Shown here in pieces: positions 26,091-32,000 of a stretch of DNA of 32,000 nt. Numbering within the stretch: the stretch's first letter is position 1; each line of letters starts with the position of its first letter. Under the pieces are notes generated by a model, which saw only the letters and a program-made list of their open reading frames with translations, made no database searches and was not told the origin of the DNA. The stretch is from Pseudoalteromonas translucida KMM 520 (GTDB taxonomy: Bacteria > Pseudomonadota > Gammaproteobacteria > Enterobacterales > Alteromonadaceae): the NCBI RefSeq assembly GCF_001465295.1, contig NZ_CP011034.1:2070001-2102000 (forward strand). Reading direction: 5' to 3'. A program made the position numbers and the translations under genes.

Positions 26091-26121
26091 TTAAATAAGT
26101 AAAACTAATTAATACCCCAGC

Positions 26122-26154
26122 GGCCAATGTTAGGATAACGTTGGCCACTTTTTT
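26122..26154 (+). terminator. Intrinsic terminator of the peroxiredoxin-like/HAD operon
   Basis: GGCCAATGTTA-GGA-TAACGTTGGCC is an 11-bp stem with one G-U pair, followed by AC-TTTTTT. Confidence 0.8.
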
Positions 26155-26268
26155 ATATTTATAAAATGAATATAAATAAAGTATTCAAGCAGTTATTCAA
26201 AAAACATATATTCTAGTAATTTAGCACTAAGGGCGCTATTATTACTTAAATGCGTTGCGGAGAGTGCT

Positions 26269-26877
26269 ATGAACAGTCAAAAGTTAAGTGAGTTTGAACA
26301 ATATTTTCAAATTGATGAAAGTAACCGTGTAAACCTATACATAGTTGATGATAACGCCGTTCCAAAAAACCTTACCCAGTTAGACGCAGATATCCCCCCT
26401 TTGTTTAAACTCGCTAATGAAGTGAGTAGCTTAGAGCAAAGCGCGCTTGGACCACTGCGTAATTTAGGTGATATTGCCCAAGAACTCGCGGTTTTTTTAC
26501 AAGCGCAATCACGTAAAATAGACTTAATAATGAGCCATGTTCTCGCCTCAGAGCAAAGCGAAGATAACGCTATTTATTGCGATAGTTATGGCGGCGGTGG
26601 CGTAAAATTTACAACAGAGGATGTTTATTCTTTAGGGCAAAAATTTCGGACTAAACTTTTTTTACACCATGAAGCGTCAGCTGTTTATTGCTATACCGAA
26701 GTCGTTGCAGTTAAAAAAACCGATACCGAGCATTACCAATACACTTTACTCTTTATAGCCATAAGAGACAGCGACCAAGAACTGGTTGTTAGAGCCAGTT
26801 TGCATGCACAAACCCGACAACTCAAAAAACGCCAGCAATTAGAGCAATCACAAAACATGCAAGCAGATGATAAATAG
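26269..26877 (+). CDS. Hypothetical protein, possible degenerate PilZ-like domain
   Basis: 202 aa. The QSRKID...(24 aa)...CDSYGGGGVKF spacing resembles the PilZ RxxxR...(D/N)xSxxG motifs, but the key Arg and Asp/Asn positions are substituted. The function is not established. Confidence 0.35.
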   Translation: MNSQKLSEFEQYFQIDESNRVNLYIVDDNAVPKNLTQLDADIPPLFKLANEVSSLEQSALGPLRNLGDIAQELAVFLQAQSRKIDLIMSHVLASEQSEDNAIYCDSYGGGGVKFTTEDVYSLGQKFRTKLFLHHEASAVYCYTEVVAVKKTDTEHYQYTLLFIAIRDSDQELVVRASLHAQTRQLKKRQQLEQSQNMQADDK

Positions 26878-26934
26878 CTGACATGTACACTCAAACTGCT
26901 AAACTAGCGCTACCTTAATTTGTATCAATTACTC

Positions 26935-27990
26935 ATGAATTTTAGACTTTTACCAGAATGGGCCGAGCAAGACGCTGTTATGCTAACTTGGCCGCATAAA
27001 AACACCGATTGGGCTGAAAACTTAGCACGCGTTGAGCCTGTGTATGTAGCGCTTGTAAAACATATTATTGCAGTACAACAGTTAGTTATTGTAGCGCACA
27101 GTGAGCCTGTAAAAGAGCATGTTATTGCGCTATTACGCGCAGCCAACGTCCCTTTAAACTGTGTTCACTTTGTAGTTACACCAACAAATGATACATGGGC
27201 ACGCGATCACGGCCCCCTTACTTGCGCCGCTATAAACAACCCTAGTCAACTTAAAGTGTATGACTTTACCTTTAATGGTTGGGGCAATAAATTTGCAAGT
27301 GCACTAGATAATCAAATAAACCGTGTTTTAGTCAATGAGCTTAGCGATACAAATAATGACTACCAAGCAGTAGATATGGTACTTGAAGGCGGTGGCATTG
27401 AAATAAACGAACACGGCGTATTACTTACTACCAGTGAATGTTTACTCAATAAAAACCGCAACCCAAATTTAACCCCAAGTGACATTTCAGCACTATTAAA
27501 ACAGCACTTAGGAGCAACTGATTTTTTATGGGTTGACCATGGTTATTTAGCGGGCGACGACACCGACAGCCACATAGATACGCTAGTTCGCTTTGCACCA
27601 AACAATACCCTTGTTTATGTACAGTGCGACGATAAAACCGATGAGCATTACAGCGCGCTGCATGCGATGGAAAAACAGCTTCAAGGCTTTAAAACTTCCA
27701 ATAACACTCCATATAATTTAATTGCCTTACCTTGGCCCAAAGCAGTATATGACGATGAGCAAACACGTTTGCCTGCCACCTATGCTAACTATTTAATTAT
27801 TAATAATACGGTATTAGTACCAACGTACGATGATGTAAGCGATAAGCTCGCCTTAACGCAAATTCAACAAGCGTACCCAGAGCACACAATAGTAGGCATT
27901 AATTGCCTACCTATTATTGAACAATTTGGCAGTTTGCACTGTATAACAATGCAACTCCCACGTGGATTTTTAACTGGAGCAGCTCAATGA
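26935..27990 (+). CDS. aguA: Agmatine deiminase
   Basis: LPEWAEQDAVMLTWPH..TDW, W.RD.GP, EGGGIE.N, DSHIDT and the C-terminal GSLHCITMQ (catalytic Cys) are family hallmarks. The start is set at ATG 26935 rather than the track's TTG at 26920. Neither has a clear Shine-Dalgarno. Confidence 0.88.
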   Translation: MNFRLLPEWAEQDAVMLTWPHKNTDWAENLARVEPVYVALVKHIIAVQQLVIVAHSEPVKEHVIALLRAANVPLNCVHFVVTPTNDTWARDHGPLTCAAINNPSQLKVYDFTFNGWGNKFASALDNQINRVLVNELSDTNNDYQAVDMVLEGGGIEINEHGVLLTTSECLLNKNRNPNLTPSDISALLKQHLGATDFLWVDHGYLAGDDTDSHIDTLVRFAPNNTLVYVQCDDKTDEHYSALHAMEKQLQGFKTSNNTPYNLIALPWPKAVYDDEQTRLPATYANYLIINNTVLVPTYDDVSDKLALTQIQQAYPEHTIVGINCLPIIEQFGSLHCITMQLPRGFLTGAAQ

Positions 27991-28880
27991 CCAGCCCTGC
28001 AAAATTAACCGTTGCACTCGTACAACAAAGCAATAGCGATAATGCTGAGCAAAATATGGCAAAGTCTATTGCCGCAATTCGTGAAGCGGCCAATAAAGGC
28101 GCTAAATTAGTTGTGCTGCAAGAGCTACATCGTAGCCTGTACTTTTGCCAAACCGAAGATGTAGACGTGTTTGATTTAGCCGAAACCATTCCAGGCCCAA
28201 GCACGCATACTTTAGGTGAGCTGGCAAAAGAGTTAAGCATTGTAATTGTGGCGTCGTTATTTGAAAAACGTGCTACCGGCCTTTATCACAATACCGCTGT
28301 AGTACTTGAAAATGACGGCAGTATTGCCGGTAAATACCGTAAAATGCATATTCCCGATGACCCTGGTTTTTACGAAAAGTTTTACTTTACTCCAGGCGAT
28401 TTAGGCTTTGAGCCAATTCAAACCTCAGTGGGTAAATTGGGCGTATTAGTATGTTGGGATCAATGGTTTCCTGAAGCTGCACGCTTAATGGCAATGGCCG
28501 GTGCTGAGCTACTTATTTACCCAACCGCAATAGGCTGGGATCCGCGCGATGATAGCGATGAACAAACCCGCCAAAAAGATGCGTGGGTTATTAGCCAGCG
28601 CGCCCATGCGATTGCCAATGGTGTACCGGTAATTAGTTGTAACCGCGTTGGAGTCGAGCAAGATCCAAGTGAACAAAGCGAAGGAATTCAATTTTGGGGT
28701 AACTCTTTTGTTGCAGGCCCACAAGGTGAATTACTTGCAGAGGCTAATAATACTGACGAGCAAATTTTAGTGGTTGAGCTTGATCAACAGCGCAGCGAAA
28801 ACGTAAGACGTATTTGGCCGTATTTACGCGACCGCAGAATTGATCATTACCAAGACTTAACAAAAATTTACCGCGATTAA
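27987..28880 (+). CDS. aguB: N-carbamoylputrescine amidase (nitrilase superfamily)
   Basis: 297 aa. LQEL, YRKMHIPD.PGFYEK.YF.PGD and VCWDQWFPE (catalytic Cys) are consistent with the Glu-Lys-Cys triad. A 4-nt ATGA overlap with aguA completes the agmatine-to-putrescine route. Confidence 0.9.
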   Translation: MTSPAKLTVALVQQSNSDNAEQNMAKSIAAIREAANKGAKLVVLQELHRSLYFCQTEDVDVFDLAETIPGPSTHTLGELAKELSIVIVASLFEKRATGLYHNTAVVLENDGSIAGKYRKMHIPDDPGFYEKFYFTPGDLGFEPIQTSVGKLGVLVCWDQWFPEAARLMAMAGAELLIYPTAIGWDPRDDSDEQTRQKDAWVISQRAHAIANGVPVISCNRVGVEQDPSEQSEGIQFWGNSFVAGPQGELLAEANNTDEQILVVELDQQRSENVRRIWPYLRDRRIDHYQDLTKIYRD

Positions 28881-28890
28881 ATAAAATTAC

Positions 28891-28930
28891 TTGGCCCTTA
28901 TTACATAATAAATTAGGGCCAATTTATAAA
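28891..28930 (+). terminator. Possible terminator after aguB
   Basis: TTGGCCCT-(16-nt loop)-AGGGCCAA followed by TTTATAAA. The loop is large and the T-tract short. Confidence 0.35.
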
Positions 28931-28941
28931 TGGAGTAATAA

Positions 28942-31900
28942 ATGGCGTTTGAGCAATGGGCAGCCTTGCCTTGGGTGAAATCTCAAAAAGATAAAATTCA
29001 ATGGGGGCAACTTAGCGGCAGTGGTTTAAGCATTGCTATTGCTGAGGGTGTAAAACAACAAGACAACCTAGTGTTAATTGTAACCCCAGACACGCCAAGC
29101 GCCCTGCGCCTTGAAACCGAGCTAGAGTATTTATTGCCCGACAACCCGGTAATGATATTTCCTGACTGGGAAACCCTGCCTTACGACCATTTTTCTCCTC
29201 ATCAAGATATTATTTCTGCCCGGTTAGCCACTTTAAATACGCTAAAAAATGAGCAACAAAGTGTATTAATTGTCCCTGTTTCTACCTTAATGCTGCGCAC
29301 CGCCCCGGCTTCGTTTATTTATGGGTCCACAATTAACTTTAAAGTGGGCGATAAACTCGATACCCATAATTTTAGAAATAATTTAGAACAAGCAGGTTAT
29401 TTAAACGTACAGCAAGTAATGGAGCACGGCGAGTACGCCATTCGCGGCTCTATTGTCGACTTATACCCTATGGGCAGCCCGCATCCTTTTAGGCTCGACT
29501 TTTTTGACGACGAGCTCGACAGCATTCGTTTATTTGATGTTGAAACCCAGCGCTCGGATGAAAAAGTAGATAAAATTGAACTACTCCCGGCACACGAATT
29601 TCCCACTAACGAAGCCGACATTGAACGTTTTAGAATAGCGTACCGTGAAAAGTTTGGTGCCAGCGCGCAGCAAGACTCTGTTTACATGCAAGTGAGTAAA
29701 GGTAATTGGCCTGCCGGTATAGAATATTATATGCCGCTGTTTTTTGAGCAACTGGCCACTATTTTTGATTACCTACCTGAAACCACAACGGTAATGCAGC
29801 TTGGTGATTTAGAACATGCCGCCGATAATTTTTGGCATGATGTAAACGTACGTTATGAAAACCGCCGCGTAGACCCATTGCGTCCATTATTAGAGCCAAG
29901 CGCGCTGTATCAACCCATTAATGAATTGTTTGCTAATTTAGGTAACTATGCGCGTATTCGCTTATCTCAAGCAAAGTTGGGTACTAAAGCAGGCAATAAA
30001 AATTTAACCGTTAGTGAATTACCTGTTATTCGCATTGATCATAAACAAAGCGAACCTTACGGTGCGTTTATAAACTATGTAGCGGCGCAAAAAAAGCAAA
30101 AAGGCCGTATTTTACTTAGCGTAGAGTCGGATGGCCGGCGCGAGTCATTACTGGGAGTATTAAAACCCAGCGGCTTAAAGTTTAAAGAATTTACTAGTTT
30201 TGAGCAGTTTACAAAAAGCCAAAGCGATGTTGGCTTAATTGTTAGCCCACTAGAGCAAAGTGTTGTATTAGGTACTAAACCTAGTTTATCTATAATCACC
30301 GAACAAGAACTGCTTGGCATAAAAGTATCGCAGCGCCGTCGCCGTAAGCATAAATACCAAGCCAGCCAAGATGCGCTAATTCGTAACTTAGCCGAGCTTA
30401 AAGAAGGCCAACCTATTGTACATCTTGATCACGGCGTTGGTCGCTATCAAGGTTTACAAACCATAGATGCCGCAGGCATTATCACCGAATTTGTTACCAT
30501 TACTTACGCCAGTGAAGCAAAACTGTATGTACCGGTTTCGGCGCTGCATATGCTCAGCCGTTATTCGGGCGGCGAAGAAGCCAGTGCGCCACTGCATAAA
30601 CTTGGCTCAGATGCATGGGACAAAGCTAAAAAACGTGCTGCTGAGAAAGTGCGCGATGTAGCCGCTGAATTACTTGATATTTACGCTCAGCGCCAAGCAA
30701 AACCAGGTAATAAATTTACCCTTGATGCCCCAGCTTATCGCCAATTTAGCGACAGCTTTCCGTTTGAAGAAACCGACGATCAACGCAACGCCATTGAAGC
30801 CGTATTAGGCGATATGCAATCAAAACAAGCCATGGACCGTTTAGTGTGTGGCGATGTAGGCTTTGGTAAAACCGAAGTCGCCATGCGCGCCGCATTTGTA
30901 GCGGTTAACGATAACAAACAAGTAGCTATTTTGGTGCCTACAACATTACTTGCCCAGCAACACTTTGAAAACTTTAAAGATCGTTTTGCCGACTTTCCTA
31001 TTGAGGTAGGTGTACTGTCGCGTTTTAACTCACCTAAAGAGCAAAAAGACACGCTTGAAAAAATGGCCAATGGCAAGCTCGATATTGTCATTGGTACTCA
31101 TAAATTGATCCAGGCTGATATTAAATTTAACGATTTAGGCTTATTAATTGTTGATGAAGAGCATCGCTTTGGGGTGCGCCAAAAAGAAAAAATTAAAGCG
31201 CTACGCGCCGATGTCGACATACTCACTTTAACTGCAACGCCTATCCCGCGTACCTTAAATATGGCTATGAGCGGTATGCGCGACTTATCTATTATTGCCA
31301 CTCCACCTGCAAAGCGTTTAGCGGTAAAAACCTTTGTGCGCCAACGCGATGTAGAATTAATACGTGAAGCGGTACTGCGAGAAATTAAACGCGGTGGCCA
31401 AGTTTACTTTTTACATAATAACGTAGAGACAATTGAGCGTGTAGCACAAGAAATTAGTGAATGGGTGCCCGAGGCAAGCGTAACCAGTGCACATGGACAA
31501 ATGCGCGAGCAAGAGCTTGAGCAAATAATGGCTGATTTTTACCATCAAAAATATAACGTATTAGTGTGTACCACTATAATAGAAACCGGTATTGATGTAC
31601 CAACCGCTAACACCATAATTATGGATAGAGCCGACAAATTAGGCTTAGCACAGTTACACCAATTACGTGGTCGAGTTGGCCGCAGCCATCATCAAGCTTA
31701 TGCCTACTTATTAACAGGCGATCCTAAATCGCTGTCAAAAGATGCAACTAAACGTTTAGAAGCAATAGAGTCGCTAGAAGACTTAGGCGCAGGTTTTGCG
31801 CTAGCAACCCACGATTTAGAAATTCGTGGTGCGGGTGAGTTACTAGGCGACGATCAATCAGGTCAAATGCAAACCATAGGCTTTAGCTTATATATGGAAA

Positions 31901-32000
31901 TGCTTGAACAAGCAGTAAAAGCATTGCGAGAAGGCAAAGAGCCCACCCTTGAAAACCTCCTGCAAAAACAAACTGAGGTAGACTTAAAACTACCGGCTTT
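28942..32000 (+). CDS. mfd: Transcription-repair coupling factor Mfd (5' about 1019 codons; continues past the right edge)
   Basis: Absent from the ORF track because it is open-ended. Hand translation from ATG 28942 (GGAG Shine-Dalgarno 6 nt upstream) gives MAFEQWAALPW... Later blocks match Mfd: HGVGRY.GL (RNAP-interaction domain), CGDVGFGKTEVA (Walker A), LIVDEEHRFGV (DExH), TLTATPIPRTL and QLRGRVGRS (motif VI). Confidence 0.97.
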   Translation, partial: MAFEQWAALPWVKSQKDKIQWGQLSGSGLSIAIAEGVKQQDNLVLIVTPDTPSALRLETELEYLLPDNPVMIFPDWETLPYDHFSPHQDIISARLATLNTLKNEQQSVLIVPVSTLMLRTAPASFIYGSTINFKVGDKLDTHNFRNNLEQAGYLNVQQVMEHGEYAIRGSIVDLYPMGSPHPFRLDFFDDELDSIRLFDVETQRSDEKVDKIELLPAHEFPTNEADIERFRIAYREKFGASAQQDSVYMQVSKGNWPAGIEYYMPLFFEQLATIFDYLPETTTVMQLGDLEHAADNFWHDVNVRYENRRVDPLRPLLEPSALYQPINELFANLGNYARIRLSQAKLGTKAGNKNLTVSELPVIRIDHKQSEPYGAFINYVAAQKKQKGRILLSVESDGRRESLLGVLKPSGLKFKEFTSFEQFTKSQSDVGLIVSPLEQSVVLGTKPSLSIITEQELLGIKVSQRRRRKHKYQASQDALIRNLAELKEGQPIVHLDHGVGRYQGLQTIDAAGIITEFVTITYASEAKLYVPVSALHMLSRYSGGEEASAPLHKLGSDAWDKAKKRAAEKVRDVAAELLDIYAQRQAKPGNKFTLDAPAYRQFSDSFPFEETDDQRNAIEAVLGDMQSKQAMDRLVCGDVGFGKTEVAMRAAFVAVNDNKQVAILVPTTLLAQQHFENFKDRFADFPIEVGVLSRFNSPKEQKDTLEKMANGKLDIVIGTHKLIQADIKFNDLGLLIVDEEHRFGVRQKEKIKALRADVDILTLTATPIPRTLNMAMSGMRDLSIIATPPAKRLAVKTFVRQRDVELIREAVLREIKRGGQVYFLHNNVETIERVAQEISEWVPEASVTSAHGQMREQELEQIMADFYHQKYNVLVCTTIIETGIDVPTANTIIMDRADKLGLAQLHQLRGRVGRSHHQAYAYLLTGDPKSLSKDATKRLEAIESLEDLGAGFALATHDLEIRGAGELLGDDQSGQMQTIGFSLYMEMLEQAVKALREGKEPTLENLLQKQTEVDLKLPA

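Noticed and set aside
26920-26934. A TTG start for aguA, as in the ORF track.
   Set aside because: The in-frame ATG at 26935 gives the family-typical N-terminus (MNFRLLPEWAEQD...). Neither start has a Shine-Dalgarno, so this choice is only a preference.
19058-28724. Other embedded track ORFs: 19058-19240, 22260-22451, 23540-23809, 26925-27146, 27914-28240 and 28509-28724.
   Set aside because: Each is antisense or out of frame within a well-supported gene (sigma factor, trihaem cytochrome, LysR, aguA, aguB).
29397-31301. Six short ORFs in the right-hand 3 kb (five minus-strand and one plus-strand). The track shows no long ORF here.
   Set aside because: The region is fully occupied by mfd on the plus strand. 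The track misses mfd only because the ORF has no stop inside the window.
1-32000. A search for defence systems, toxin-antitoxin pairs, prophage remnants, retrons, CRISPR, and tRNA or rRNA genes.
   Set aside because: I recognised no nucleases, ATPase/helicase pairs other than mfd, reverse transcriptases, small adjacent toxin-antitoxin-sized gene pairs, integrases or structured RNA gene signatures. The window reads as ordinary chromosome with one small non-autonomous element.

Overview
Low-GC (about 40%) gammaproteobacterial chromosome. Gene content and order fit Alteromonadales; Pseudoalteromonas is my guess and cannot be verified without a search. I support about 27 protein genes. Three of them (plsX, rpmF, mfd) are missing from the ORF track and were recovered by hand translation.

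The left third and the right end are conserved housekeeping backbone:
- plsX-rpmF-yceD
- yceF
- a HAD phosphatase with rluC
- rne
- ndpA next to yejL-yejM
- aceK with a LysR gene
- aguAB
- mfd

The segment 14.9-25.9 kb looks more accessory:
- an ECF sigma / FecR / STN-domain TonB-dependent transducer module
- a porin-like barrel
- a translationally coupled trihaem cytochrome c plus TsdA-like dihaem cytochrome
- a LysR regulator
- a peroxiredoxin-like gene whose first 24 codons sit in another frame
- a type II HAD gene

I see no rRNA, tRNA, CRISPR, transposase, integrase, phage or recognisable defence genes. I did not find a convincing novel multi-gene system.

The best leads, in order:
1. A 191-bp MITE-like element with 12-bp terminal inverted repeats and a perfect 8-bp target duplication, inserted at a stop codon. 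A 42-bp relative lies 11 kb away.
2. Fourteen near-identical in-frame 36-bp tandem repeats in the RNase E scaffold.
3. The TsdA-like and membrane trihaem cytochrome pairing.
4. The split peroxiredoxin-like gene.

All functional calls rest on remembered family motifs, not on searches.
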